Shown here in pieces: positions 10,250 to 20,662 of a stretch of 64,000 nt of DNA. The position numbers and the translations under genes were made by a program. The notes below the pieces were generated by a model. It was not told the DNA's origin and ran no database searches. It worked only from the letters and a program-made list of their open reading frames with translations. The stretch lies in the NCBI GenBank assembly GCA_963840035.1, contig CAWIXE010000001.1, positions 608,001 to 672,000 on the forward strand, given 5' to 3'. Origin of the DNA: a candidate division FCPU426 bacterium (lineage in GTDB: Bacteria > Oederibacteriota > PGYV01 > Palsa-1178). The first letter of the stretch is position 1, and the number at the start of each line of letters is the position of its first letter.

Positions 10250-10897
10250 GTGGTTAAGAAAAGCATAAAAGGGCAGGATGAGGGCAGGACTAAGGACAGG
10301 ATACTGAAGGCCGCCATAGGGGAATTTGTCGAATACGGGTTTTACGGGGCCAGGACGCAGCGCATCGCCACACGGGCAGGGGTGAATAAAGCACTCCTTC
10401 ATTATTACTTTACAAACAAGGAAAACATATACGAACAGGTTTTGCAGACCGTGGCAGGAGCCATATTTCAGCGCCTGTCCACCATGAGCGAGGAACCCAT
10501 GGAACCGCGTGAGAAGATTTCTCAGATTATCGATATATACGTTGATGTTTTCACAAATTACAGCGATAACCTGAAAATAGTATTATATGAGGTCATGAGG
10601 GGCGGGGAAATACTCAGGAAGGTAATCTCTTCAAAGGCAAAGCAGATATACCCAACCTTTAAAAAAATAGAATCATATTTTAAAAACGAGATGAAAAAAG
10701 GCACCATAAGAAAATTCAGCGTCATCCACCTTTTAATAAGCATGGTAAGCCAGATGGCTCCCGTGTATGTGGGAAGGCAGATGATCGGAAAAGTAGCCGG
10801 GGCAATAGGCTTAGACAGGCTCCTGGGTGACGCGATAGTAAATGACAGGAAGAAGTTCGTTATGGAGCTTATAATGAACGGTATTAAAAAAGATTGA
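10250..10897 (+). CDS. TetR/AcrR family regulator
   Basis: N-terminal HTH ILKAAIGEFVEYGFYGART..IATRAGVNKALLHYYFTNKE. Confidence 0.95.
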   Translation: MVKKSIKGQDEGRTKDRILKAAIGEFVEYGFYGARTQRIATRAGVNKALLHYYFTNKENIYEQVLQTVAGAIFQRLSTMSEEPMEPREKISQIIDIYVDVFTNYSDNLKIVLYEVMRGGEILRKVISSKAKQIYPTFKKIESYFKNEMKKGTIRKFSVIHLLISMVSQMAPVYVGRQMIGKVAGAIGLDRLLGDAIVNDRKKFVMELIMNGIKKD

Positions 10898-11015
10898 GGA
10901 TAGTTGATCGTGGATTGCAGATTAATGAACGGGAAACCGTAAAACAAACGGGCCATAAATTGTTTATTAATCCGCAATCTTCAATCTGCTATCTACAATA
11001 ACAAAGGAGGTATAT

Positions 11016-11810
11016 ATGGACATTAAGAAAATTGAAAAAGCAAGGCCGGTTATAGCGGCGGTGGTGATTTTGACCATACTGGGGTTCTGGCTGCTGCCTA
11101 AAGTATTTGTGGATAAGTCTCATGTGAGGGCTTCGGGGACTGTCGAGATAAAGGAAGTGGATGTCTCCTCCAGAATATCAAGCAGGGTCACGGCCTTAAA
11201 AAAGGACGAGGGCCAGGAAGTAAAAAAAGGCGAGTTAATGGCCGTGCTAGACGATTCCATAGTAGCGGCACAGCGCGACGCCGCTCAGGCCATGTATAAT
11301 AACGCGGCTGACATATACACAAGGATGAAGAACCTTTTTTCATCCGAATCCGTTTCCCAGCAGCAGTTTGACGCGGCAAGGGCAGGGTACATATCAGCCA
11401 TGTCACAGTTAAAACAGGCTGAAGTGATGACAGATGAGGCGTCCGTTAAAGCGCCGTGGAGCGGGATAATTCTGAAAAAACACGTGGAAGAAGGGGAACT
11501 TGTATCGCCTAACTCGCCGCTTTTCACCATCGGCGACCTTTCAGAGGCGAAGATTACCATATACGTCCCTTTAATGGAAATGACCGTGCTGAAATACGGA
11601 ATGAAAGCAGCGGTAAAAATAGACGCGTATAAGAACAAGTCGTTTGAGGGAAAAATAACGTACATATCGGGCGCGGCTGAATTTACGCCGAAAAACGTCC
11701 AGACACAGGATGAGCGCATTAAAGAAGTATTTGAAGTGCAGGTAACAGTGCCAAACCCTGACGGGATATTAAAACCGGGGATACCGGCTGATGTGGAGAT
11801 AAAAATATAA
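11016..11810 (+). CDS. HlyD-family periplasmic adaptor (YbhG-like)
   Basis: N-terminal TM, lipoyl-like halves, AEFTPKNVQT..ER motif. Confidence 0.92.
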   Translation: MDIKKIEKARPVIAAVVILTILGFWLLPKVFVDKSHVRASGTVEIKEVDVSSRISSRVTALKKDEGQEVKKGELMAVLDDSIVAAQRDAAQAMYNNAADIYTRMKNLFSSESVSQQQFDAARAGYISAMSQLKQAEVMTDEASVKAPWSGIILKKHVEEGELVSPNSPLFTIGDLSEAKITIYVPLMEMTVLKYGMKAAVKIDAYKNKSFEGKITYISGAAEFTPKNVQTQDERIKEVFEVQVTVPNPDGILKPGIPADVEIKI

Positions 11811-11899
11811 ATGCGAGCCCAGGGGGAACAGCCCAAAGCTCAGGTATGTTTAAAACAACTTGGGCTATGGGCTATTAGCTTTGGGATCACAGGAGTTGT

Positions 11900-12802
11900 A
11901 TGGAAACCGTAATCAGCGTAACAGGGTTGTATAAGAGCTTTGGCAGCGTTAAGGCCGTGGACGGGGTTGACTTCGCTGTCAACCGCGGGGAGATATTTGG
12001 CATTATCGGGCCTGACGGCGGGGGCAAGACCACCACTCTGCGGTTGCTTTCAGGGATAATGAAACATGAGCAGGGCAGCGCAATTATCCTTGGAAGAAAA
12101 CTTCCTGAAGAGGCTGAAGGCATAAAAGAACACATAGGCTATATGTGCCAGAGGTTTTCATTATATACTGACTTAACCGTCGCTGAAAATGTAACTTTTT
12201 TTTCAGAGGTTTACCAGATAGAAAAAAAAGTGCTTGAGGAAAGGCTCGAACCGCTCCTGAAAATGACAAGGCTCGCGCCTTTTAAAGACAGGCTTGCCGG
12301 AAATTTATCCGGCGGCATGAAACAAAAACTGGCCTTAATGTGCACATTAATTCACCGCCCTGAAATACTTTTTCTTGACGAGCCGACCACGGGAGTGGAC
12401 CCGGTATCGCGCAGGGAATTCTGGGAGATTCTCCAGCAGATACACGCCGACGGCGTGACCATTGTAGTAACCACGCCGTATATGGACGAGGCTGAACAGT
12501 GCTCGCGCATCGCTCTGATGTTCAAAGGCAGGATAATTGCCATGGACACGCCGAGGAACATGAAAAAGGCGTTTAACGGAATAGTCCTTGAGGCGCATCC
12601 CGAGGACTGCGCGGGTTTCTTAAGCCTTATAAAAACGTCTTCATATATTAAGGACTGGCAGCAGCTGGGGGAAAGGTTCCATATAGTTTTCAATGACGAA
12701 GCCGGGGCGGAGGATTTTACGCAAAAAGCAGGCCCATGCGCCAACACACGCAGGATAGCGGCAAGCGTGGAGGATGTTTTTGTGGAGCGCATTAAAACAT
12801 AG
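11900..12802 (+). CDS. ABC transporter ATP-binding protein
   Basis: GPDGGGKTT, LSGGMKQ, LDEPTTGVDP. Confidence 0.95.
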   Translation: METVISVTGLYKSFGSVKAVDGVDFAVNRGEIFGIIGPDGGGKTTTLRLLSGIMKHEQGSAIILGRKLPEEAEGIKEHIGYMCQRFSLYTDLTVAENVTFFSEVYQIEKKVLEERLEPLLKMTRLAPFKDRLAGNLSGGMKQKLALMCTLIHRPEILFLDEPTTGVDPVSRREFWEILQQIHADGVTIVVTTPYMDEAEQCSRIALMFKGRIIAMDTPRNMKKAFNGIVLEAHPEDCAGFLSLIKTSSYIKDWQQLGERFHIVFNDEAGAEDFTQKAGPCANTRRIAASVEDVFVERIKT

Positions 12803-12894
12803 TCACAGGACCCAAGTCCCATGACCCAGGTCAGGGTTAGTGATGTAACTTGGATCCTGGGTCATGAGTCTTGAGACAAACAAGGAGTTTTATG
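12800..12894. repeat. Heptamer-periodic palindromic intercistronic element (GACCCA family)
   Basis: (GACCCAA/G)n ... (CTTGGGT/C)n; homolog at 33478-33561. Confidence 0.85.
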
Positions 12895-13839
12895 GCTACA
12901 TCCGTAAAAGCAGACCGCCTACAGCGTAAGTTCGGCGATTTTACCGCCGTTGACTCCATATCCTTTGAAGTGGAGAAGGGCGAGGTATATGGATTTTTGG
13001 GGGCTAACGGCGCGGGCAAGACCACTACTATCAGGATGTTGTGCGGATTGCTTGAGCCAACTTCAGGAGACGCCATGGTCGCCGGATTTTCAATAAAAAA
13101 AGAGCCTGATGAGGTAAAGAAAAGGCTCGGATACATGTCTCAAAAGTTCTCCCTGTATCCGCTGCTAAATGTGAAGGAAAATATTGATTTTTACGCGGGC
13201 ATATACGGTTTAACAGACGCGGAAATTTTGAAAAGGACGCCTGAACTGTGCGAACTGCTGGAACTTACGGAATTCGCGGACAGGCCGGTCGGTGAAATGC
13301 CGGGCGGGTTAAAGCAAAGGGTTTCGCTTGCCTGCGCCATCGCCCACAAACCCGAGATAGTATTTCTGGACGAACCTACTGCAGGGGTGGACCCGATACT
13401 GCGCAGGCGTTTTTGGGAAATAATACGGGTGCTTGCCGACGGCGGGACGACCGTATTTGTCACGACGCATTACATGGACGAGGTGGAGCACTGCAACAGG
13501 ATAGCGCTCATGCACTCAGGCCGGATAATAAGGGAAGGCACAATATCCCAGATAAAAAAATCGGTCTTTTCAAAACCGATACTTGAAACAGAAACGGATT
13601 TCCCTGTGAAAGCGTTCGAATTGCTGGAGGCTGAAAAGGGGACGCTCGGCGATATTTCAATGCACGGCGCGCTTCTTCACGTGATACCTGCCGCTGATAT
13701 TTCCGCGGCAAAAGAGGCCATGGAGAGGATACTAACGGCTGCGTCCTTAAGATTCACAAAACCAGAGGAAGTGGAGCCGACTATGGATGACGTGTTTGTG
13801 AATCTGGTGAAACAGTATGAGGGCGGGAGTAAATCATGA
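12892..13839 (+). CDS. ABC transporter ATP-binding protein
   Basis: GANGAGKTT, PGGLKQR, LDEPTAGVDP; ATG 12892 after AAGGAG. Confidence 0.95.
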   Translation: MATSVKADRLQRKFGDFTAVDSISFEVEKGEVYGFLGANGAGKTTTIRMLCGLLEPTSGDAMVAGFSIKKEPDEVKKRLGYMSQKFSLYPLLNVKENIDFYAGIYGLTDAEILKRTPELCELLELTEFADRPVGEMPGGLKQRVSLACAIAHKPEIVFLDEPTAGVDPILRRRFWEIIRVLADGGTTVFVTTHYMDEVEHCNRIALMHSGRIIREGTISQIKKSVFSKPILETETDFPVKAFELLEAEKGTLGDISMHGALLHVIPAADISAAKEAMERILTAASLRFTKPEEVEPTMDDVFVNLVKQYEGGSKS

Positions 13840-13842
13840 AAA

Positions 13843-13934
13843 CAGTCTCAGTGATCTCAATGATCTCAGAAGTCTCAGCAGGCGTTTTTAGGACGCTCAT
13901 TGAGACCTCTGAGATCACTGAGATTATTGAGACT
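13843..13934. repeat. Nonamer-periodic palindromic intercistronic element (GATCTCAAT family)
   Basis: Four TCTCA units facing four TGAGA units; homolog at 15124-15225. Confidence 0.85.
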
Positions 13935-13950
13935 AAAGAAGGAGGGCGTC

Positions 13951-15114
13951 TTGGCTGAAGACAAAGGCAGTTTAAACCCAGCGCGCATAATGCCTGTCAT
14001 GCGCAAGGAGTTTCTTCATATCGTGCGCGATCCGCGCTCGCTGGCCATCGCGCTGCTTGCGCCTGTGATATTGCTGGTATTATACGCGTACGCCGTGACA
14101 TTTGACATAAAGAAGATAGACTTGGGCGTCGTGGATTACGACAACTCGTCAATGTCCAGGGAACTGGTGCAGAAATTCACATCAAGCGGGTACTTTGAGA
14201 TAAATCAAAGCTGCGTAAATTCAATGGAGAAATGCGTTGAGACACTGCGCTTAAACGGGATAAAAATGATTCTTATTATACCTCGCGGAATGTCAACGGA
14301 CATAAAAAGGAACAGGGACGTCAGGATACAGATGATAGGTGACGGGTCCGAGGCAAACACCGTGGCCATCGGCATAGGTTACGCCGGGGCTATCGTTGCC
14401 CAGCAATCCACAAAAATTATGCTTGAAGAAGTTCGCTCGAGGGGTTTTAACCCGAAGGTAATCCCCATGGTACAGCCTGTGCCGAGGGTATGGTATAACC
14501 CGGAACTGAAATCAACCAATTACATAGTGCCCGGGCTGGCCGCGATAATAATGATGCTTATCTCGGCGCTGTTAACGTCGCTTACAATAGTCCGCGAAAA
14601 GGAAAATAACACTTATGAGCAGCTGGTGTCAACGCCGCTTAAACCCCTTGAGCTCATGATAGGGAAGATAACGCCTTACATACTGCTCTGCTTAATTGAC
14701 GTGGCAATAATAGTGGCTGTCGGCGTACTTTGGTTCCATGTGCCGTTTAAGGGCAATTACATTACGCTCACGGTATTCTCGATACTTTTTCTTTTCTGCG
14801 CGCTGGGCTTAGGTCTTTTAATATCCGCAGTGGCGCCGAACCAGCAGGTGGCTGTCATGGGAACCGCGCTTGGAACGTTGCTGCCTTCGATACTTTTATC
14901 GGGGTTTGTATTTCCGATTGCGTCCATGCCCGGCATCATACAGGCGATAAGCTATGTGGTTCCGGCGAAATATTTTATGGTCGCGCTTCGTACCATATTT
15001 TTAAAAGCGGATACCGGCATAATGACTCTGTGGCGCGAGGGGCTTTTCCTCCTGTTTTTCGGGGTATTATTCCTGGCGATTTCCGCAAAGAGGTTTAAAA
15101 AGACGATTGATTAG
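13951..15114 (+). CDS. ABC-2 type permease (YbhS-like)
   Basis: KEFLHIVRD, WYNPEL, IVREKE, LSGFVFPI; TTG start after AAGGAGG. Confidence 0.92.
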   Translation: MAEDKGSLNPARIMPVMRKEFLHIVRDPRSLAIALLAPVILLVLYAYAVTFDIKKIDLGVVDYDNSSMSRELVQKFTSSGYFEINQSCVNSMEKCVETLRLNGIKMILIIPRGMSTDIKRNRDVRIQMIGDGSEANTVAIGIGYAGAIVAQQSTKIMLEEVRSRGFNPKVIPMVQPVPRVWYNPELKSTNYIVPGLAAIIMMLISALLTSLTIVREKENNTYEQLVSTPLKPLELMIGKITPYILLCLIDVAIIVAVGVLWFHVPFKGNYITLTVFSILFLFCALGLGLLISAVAPNQQVAVMGTALGTLLPSILLSGFVFPIASMPGIIQAISYVVPAKYFMVALRTIFLKADTGIMTLWREGLFLLFFGVLFLAISAKRFKKTID

Positions 15115-15236
15115 TATGGAAGAACAGTCTCAATGATCTCAATGGTCTCAGAGGTCTCAATAGAAAAGGCGAAAGAACAGGCCTTAACTTTTGAGATCAT
15201 TGAGATTGCTGAGACTATTGAGACTGCATAAAGGCG

Positions 15237-16388
15237 GTGTTTGTGTTCAATATTAAGGAGTTTTTCGGGCCTGTAAAGCATGTGATGAAAAAAGAATTCA
15301 TAGAGATGAAAAAATCCAAACTTATCGCCATACTTATAGTCGCGCCGATAATTCAGGCTATCATATTCGGCTTTGTGGCTACCACTGACATACTTCATGT
15401 GCCCACCATGATATGCGACGAGGACGGCTCAGCCATGAGCAGGAAGCTGACGGATAAATTTTTAAACAGCGAGTATTTTAATATAACCATGGTGACGCGG
15501 GACCCTAAGGCGATTCAGGGCGAGTTGGGCGCGAATAGGGCCAGAGTTTGCGTAAGGATACCTGTGGATTTTGAGGAACTCATAAAGAAAGGCAAAAGGG
15601 TGCCTGTACAGGTCATCGGCGACGGCACTGACTCAAACAGCGCCACTCAGACCATGGTAAGGGCGCAGCTTATGATAAACGCCTTTTCCGGGGAGGTTTT
15701 TAAGGACAAACTTGCCATGATGAAATCCACCATCGGAGACCTGCCTTCCATAACACTTCATGAGAGGGTATGGTATAACCCGGAGCTTAAAAGCGCGAAT
15801 GTCATGGTGCCCGGCGTCATAGGCCTGATACTTGCCATAGTGACCATGGTGATAATGTCGGTATCAATAGTAAGGGAAAAGGAGTCGGGAAACATAGAGC
15901 AGATGGTTGTAAGCCCGATAACGCCGCTGCAGATAATAGCCGGGAAGATAATTCCTTACATAGCCATCGGGTTAATAGACGTCATCATAGTGGTAATAAC
16001 GTGCGGAGTGGTATTTAAAACGCCGTTCGAAGGCAGCTTCGCGCTCCTGCTTACCCTGTCATTTTTCATGATCATGGTTAACTTGGGCGTGGGCATATTC
16101 ATATCCACCATATCCACCACGCAGCAGCAGGCCATGTTCTCCGCCATATTCTTCATGCTGCCGAACATACTGCTCTCAGGCTTCCTTTTCCCGATAAAGA
16201 ACATGCCGGTGATACTGCAGTGGCTGACATACATAATACCAATGAGGTATTATATGGTAATAATCAGGGGAATATTTTTAAAAGGGCTGGGTTTCTTTGA
16301 ATTGCTGCCGGAAACCTTCGCGCTCTTTATATATGGGGCGGTAGTATTTACCATGGCGATAAAGGCATTCAGAAAGACCGTAAGTTAA
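15237..16388 (+). CDS. ABC-2 type permease (YbhR-like)
   Basis: WYNPELKS, IVREKESGNIEQ, LLSGFLFPI. Confidence 0.92.
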   Translation: MFVFNIKEFFGPVKHVMKKEFIEMKKSKLIAILIVAPIIQAIIFGFVATTDILHVPTMICDEDGSAMSRKLTDKFLNSEYFNITMVTRDPKAIQGELGANRARVCVRIPVDFEELIKKGKRVPVQVIGDGTDSNSATQTMVRAQLMINAFSGEVFKDKLAMMKSTIGDLPSITLHERVWYNPELKSANVMVPGVIGLILAIVTMVIMSVSIVREKESGNIEQMVVSPITPLQIIAGKIIPYIAIGLIDVIIVVITCGVVFKTPFEGSFALLLTLSFFMIMVNLGVGIFISTISTTQQQAMFSAIFFMLPNILLSGFLFPIKNMPVILQWLTYIIPMRYYMVIIRGIFLKGLGFFELLPETFALFIYGAVVFTMAIKAFRKTVS

Positions 16389-16407
16389 TCACATTATAGA
16401 AATTTTG

Positions 16408-16525
16408 GTAGCCGCACCCTCTACGCCTCACCGGGGTGCGTACGCAGGGGTGTGAACAGGCAATGGTTTGCGTCCGTCAATTCCATATTTAGGCGCAGGC
16501 CGGTGGGACGCAGGCCTGCGACTAC
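16408..16525 (-). repeat. Dispersed single copy of the 146-bp array unit
   Basis: GTAGCCGCACCC...GGGGTGCG, linker TTTGCGTC, GCAGGCC...GGCCTGCGACTAC. Confidence 0.8.
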
Positions 16526-16618
16526 GAAATCCAACTGTGAGTCAGCTTAGGAACATATTGTTTATGTGCATATTCTACTGTCTTGAAAATTACAAAAAAA
16601 TCATCTATAATTAAACAC

Positions 16619-17401
16619 ATGAAGCGCATACTCATAATCTTAGTCATCACAGCCTGTATCCCTTTCAGCCTTCTGGCGAAGAACTCTTTTAAAGATGGAA
16701 ACAAACTCTATCTGCAGGGCGATTATGCCAATGCCTTAAATGAGTATAACCAGTTCATCCAGGATAAACCCAAAAAATTTGAAGGTTATTATAACGCCGG
16801 AAACGCGCTTTTCAGGCAGGAGCAGTATGAGCAGGCTCTCGGGATGTATAATAAGGCGCTGGAATTAAACCCCAAAGATGAGGATACAAAGGTAAATATT
16901 GAAGTAACTCAGGAAAAGATAAAGAACCAGCCTAAAGACAAGAAAGAGCAGGATAAGAAAAAGCAGGAACAGGACAAGCAGAACCAGCAAAACCAGCAGG
17001 GACAGAACGGACAGAATAAGCAGGGGGAAAAGGGGCAGCAGGGCAAAGAGCAAAGTGCTAAGGATAAGGGTGAGGATAAGGATAAGAAGGGCGACAAACA
17101 GCAGGGGCAAAAGCCTGGTGATAAGCCGCAGCAAAACGGGCAGCAGGGGCAGCAGGCACAGCAGCCTGAAAAGCAGCCTCCTTCAGGCATGACAAAGGAC
17201 GAAGTGCAGGCGCTTATGAATACCATGCAGAACCAGGAAAAGCAGTACAGGGGTTATTTTGGAAAGCAGAACCAGCCTAAGAACAATGACCCTTCCAATA
17301 TGTCTCCAATGGAACTCATGCAGTACATGCAGCAGCAGATGATGGACCCGAACGTGACGCAGCAGGCGCCGAAGAACAGCGGGAATGAGAAGGATTGGTA
17401 G
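16619..17401 (+). CDS. Secreted TPR protein with Gln/Lys-rich linker (BatC-like)
   Basis: Signal peptide, two TPRs (YYNAGNALFRQ), low-complexity Q/K region, C-terminal KDW. Confidence 0.75.
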   Translation: MKRILIILVITACIPFSLLAKNSFKDGNKLYLQGDYANALNEYNQFIQDKPKKFEGYYNAGNALFRQEQYEQALGMYNKALELNPKDEDTKVNIEVTQEKIKNQPKDKKEQDKKKQEQDKQNQQNQQGQNGQNKQGEKGQQGKEQSAKDKGEDKDKKGDKQQGQKPGDKPQQNGQQGQQAQQPEKQPPSGMTKDEVQALMNTMQNQEKQYRGYFGKQNQPKNNDPSNMSPMELMQYMQQQMMDPNVTQQAPKNSGNEKDW

Positions 17402-17524
17402 AGTGAAGGGGCGTAAAGCCCAGAGATCAGAGCCCAAAGCTCAAGGGGGTTATGGTCTGAAAGCATTTCCTTGGGCTATGAGCTTTGGGCTTTGTAACCA
17501 ACATAAAAAACCACCGGAGCATTA

Positions 17525-19477
17525 ATGCGCAAGTACTTCACCGAGGAGATCCCCAAATACATCGACAGCTATGAGGAGCGGCCCGAGCAGTCTGCAATGG
17601 CTCAGGCTGTTAAGGAAGCCATCGATAACAGCGAGAGCCTTATAATCGAAGCCGGCACTGGCGTCGGAAAGACCCTTGCTTACCTTATACCCATGGCTGA
17701 ATACGCCATTGCGGATAAAAAACGCGTCATCATATCCACATATTCAAAGGCCCTCCAGAGCCAGATATTCAAGAAAGACCTTCCTCTGGTAAAAAAAATA
17801 TTCCCTGAACTGAAATATGACATTATTTTCGGCGCGGGCAACTATGTCTGCACGAGGCGTTTCAGGGATTTTTCAAAAAAGGGGTCAATATTCGCCAACG
17901 CGAAGGACGTAAAGGACATGATGCATTTTATCGCCGAGGGCGAAGGGCTGCGCGAAAACACCAAGTTCCACATACCCCAGGACATATGGGAGTCCATACG
18001 CCGCGAAAAACCGCTGTGCCGCGAGGAATCGTGCGCGCATTTCCACAAGTGCTATTACTGGTCCATGCGCCACAGGCTGCGCAAGTCCCACATAATAGTG
18101 GTAAACCATCACTTATTTTTTTCCGACCTGATGGTCAATAAAAAACTGCTCCCCGAGTCGTCCGCCGTGGTTTTTGACGAGGCGCACAAGCTTGAGGACA
18201 CCATGCGGGACATGTTCTCCATGCGTTTTTCCATGGTGGATTACTACCGCGTCCTGCACGACCTGGAGGAGTTTTTACGCAATAAGAAAAAAACATCAAA
18301 AAAGGACTACAGCGAGGCAAAGCACGGCATAAAATCGGCGAAAAAGGACATGGAGGAGTTTGTCATGTCTTTGCGGGAAAACAGGGAACTAAAGCTGATG
18401 ACAAACAGCAGCGCGCTTTTGGATCCCGACGCGCGCACCATAGAATTCGGGCCTGACATCAGGCGGCCGCTGCGCGACGTTATTTATGAGATTAACGGCT
18501 CCATAAGGGAAGAGGAGGACAAGAATAAGAAAAAATATTTTGAATACCTCCTTGAATCCGTGGGCAACCACGCTGACGTCTTTGACAGGTGGATAAACAA
18601 AAAGGAAAAATCATACTTTTACTGGCTGGAGCAGGCGCCCAACAAGACACGCGACATATCCCTGTACATAACTCCCTATGACCTGCGCAAGGATTTTGAG
18701 GAGCATGTGAGGTTCAATTACGAATGCGTCGTATTCACCTCGGCCACGCTTTCAGCGGGGGATAATTTCAACTACGTTGTAAAGCAGTTCGGGCTTGAGG
18801 ACGCGGAAAAAGGGCTGCTGAAGTCGCCTTTCGATTATCAGAACAACTCCATGCTGTATGTGGAAAAGCACATGTCGTCGCCCCAGTCCGAGGAATTTAA
18901 GGGACAGCTTGAGGAAAAAATAATTGACTTCATAAAGATAACAAAAGGGAACATGTTTGTCCTTTTTACAAGCGTTGACCTGATGAAAAAGATGTACAAG
19001 CAGGTATCCAACCGCATTTCCAGCATACCAATGCTTATACAGGGCCAGGCAAGCCCCATGGAAATTGTGGCTGAGTTTAAGAAGGAGCCGTCCGTGCTCT
19101 TTGCCACTTCCACTTTCTGGCAGGGCATAGACATAAAAGGCGACGATCTGCGCTGCGTATTAATAACGAGGCTGCCGTTTGAAATGCCCGAGCACCCCAT
19201 GCAAAAGGCCATATACGCGCATGTCAAGGAAGAAGGCGGCAGCGATTTTGAGGAGATAGCGCTGCCGCGCGCCATATTCATGTTAAAGCAGGGGTTCGGC
19301 AGGTTAATCAGGTCCAAGGACGATTACGGGGTGGTGGCTATTTTGGACAGCAGAATATCAACGAAATCATACGGAAAGCGTTTTATAAAATCACTTCCCG
19401 AAGCAAAACTTACGTCAGACATGCATGAGGTTGATAAATTTTTCAAGGATAGGGTTTTAAACGGCATTAAGGGTTAG
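17525..19477 (+). CDS. DinG/YoaA family ATP-dependent DNA helicase
   Basis: EAGTGVGKT, Fe-S cysteines, DEAH, TSATL, QGFGRLIR. Confidence 0.94.
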   Translation: MRKYFTEEIPKYIDSYEERPEQSAMAQAVKEAIDNSESLIIEAGTGVGKTLAYLIPMAEYAIADKKRVIISTYSKALQSQIFKKDLPLVKKIFPELKYDIIFGAGNYVCTRRFRDFSKKGSIFANAKDVKDMMHFIAEGEGLRENTKFHIPQDIWESIRREKPLCREESCAHFHKCYYWSMRHRLRKSHIIVVNHHLFFSDLMVNKKLLPESSAVVFDEAHKLEDTMRDMFSMRFSMVDYYRVLHDLEEFLRNKKKTSKKDYSEAKHGIKSAKKDMEEFVMSLRENRELKLMTNSSALLDPDARTIEFGPDIRRPLRDVIYEINGSIREEEDKNKKKYFEYLLESVGNHADVFDRWINKKEKSYFYWLEQAPNKTRDISLYITPYDLRKDFEEHVRFNYECVVFTSATLSAGDNFNYVVKQFGLEDAEKGLLKSPFDYQNNSMLYVEKHMSSPQSEEFKGQLEEKIIDFIKITKGNMFVLFTSVDLMKKMYKQVSNRISSIPMLIQGQASPMEIVAEFKKEPSVLFATSTFWQGIDIKGDDLRCVLITRLPFEMPEHPMQKAIYAHVKEEGGSDFEEIALPRAIFMLKQGFGRLIRSKDDYGVVAILDSRISTKSYGKRFIKSLPEAKLTSDMHEVDKFFKDRVLNGIKG

Positions 19478-19499
19478 TCTGTCAGGGGGAGGCAAAGTC

Positions 19500-20288
19500 A
19501 TGACCGGGGAAATAAAAAAGTACGGCAAATATCCATATTCCATAGCGCTGCTCCATGGCGGGCCCGGGGCCCAGGGCGAAATGGCGCCTGTCGCGGAATA
19601 CCTTTCAAAAAAATTCAGCGTTGCCGAACCATACCAGTCGGCCGACTCTGTCCATAAACAGGTTGACGAATTAAAAAAACAGCTCGACAGCTGCGCGGTT
19701 TACCCTGTCATACTCGCCGGTTATTCCTGGGGCGCGTGGCTGGCGTGGATATTCGCGGCAAAATACCCTAAAACAGTAAAAAAAATAATATTGATATCAA
19801 GCGGGCCGTTCCTTGAGAGTTACACCGCCGCTATAAAAGAAACCAGGCTTTCAAGGCTGAATAACCCGGAAAGGCAGGAGGCTGAATTCCTGCTTGACAA
19901 CCTGGATAACAGGGCTGTTACAGACAGGGTAAAATTATTATCAAGAATAGGCGAACTTATGTCAAAAGCCGATTCATTAGACCCGGACTATAACTATTCG
20001 GGAAAGACGGTTATAACCCCCGGGGTTTTTGAGAAAGTCTGGCCCGAAGCTGAGCAAATGAGGAAAACAGGGGAGCTCATCGGGCTTTCAAAGATGATAA
20101 AATGCCCTGTCACGGCAATACACGGCGACTATGACCCGCATCCGGCCGAAGGTGTAAGCGGCCCTTTATCTAAAGAACTAAAAAAATTTAAATTAATACT
20201 TTTAAAGAACTGCGGCCATACGCCGTGGATTGAAAAACAGGCCAGGGATGATTTTTTCAGGGAACTTGAGGCTGAGATAACAACGTAA
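19500..20288 (+). CDS. Alpha/beta hydrolase
   Basis: HGGPG, GYSWG nucleophile elbow, GDYD, CGHTPW. Confidence 0.9.
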   Translation: MTGEIKKYGKYPYSIALLHGGPGAQGEMAPVAEYLSKKFSVAEPYQSADSVHKQVDELKKQLDSCAVYPVILAGYSWGAWLAWIFAAKYPKTVKKIILISSGPFLESYTAAIKETRLSRLNNPERQEAEFLLDNLDNRAVTDRVKLLSRIGELMSKADSLDPDYNYSGKTVITPGVFEKVWPEAEQMRKTGELIGLSKMIKCPVTAIHGDYDPHPAEGVSGPLSKELKKFKLILLKNCGHTPWIEKQARDDFFRELEAEITT

Positions 20289-20318
20289 ATAAAAGGTGGA
20301 TAAAGACCTTGTCTTGTT

Positions 20319-20550
20319 CCCCTCACCCCTACCCCTTTCTCCTCCGCAAGTGGGGACTATAAATAGCCAAATGGGAGAGAGAGTAAAAGTACGTATTTGA
20401 TTTGTACACTGGTGTAATGATTTGTTCTTTTTTCCCTCTCCCATTTGGGAGAGGGTAGGGTGAGGGGAATAAGGCTGTTGGTATCACCTCACCCCAGCCC
20501 CTCTCTCCCCCGCAAGGGGGGACTGTAAATAGCCAAGAGGAGAGGGGGAA
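20319..20550. repeat. Cluster of CCCTCTCCC/GGGAGAGGG palindromic repeats
   Basis: cccctcacccctaccct...gggagag units in both orientations; related copies at ~24441 and 63949-63983. Confidence 0.7.
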
Positions 20551-20662
20551 ACGGAGATAAAATAAATCAACACACAATTATATGCAATACAATGGATAAA
20601 GTGTTTTTGACTTTCCCATCCAAATGTATTAAACTTAGCATATCAACAAAAACGGGGTGTTT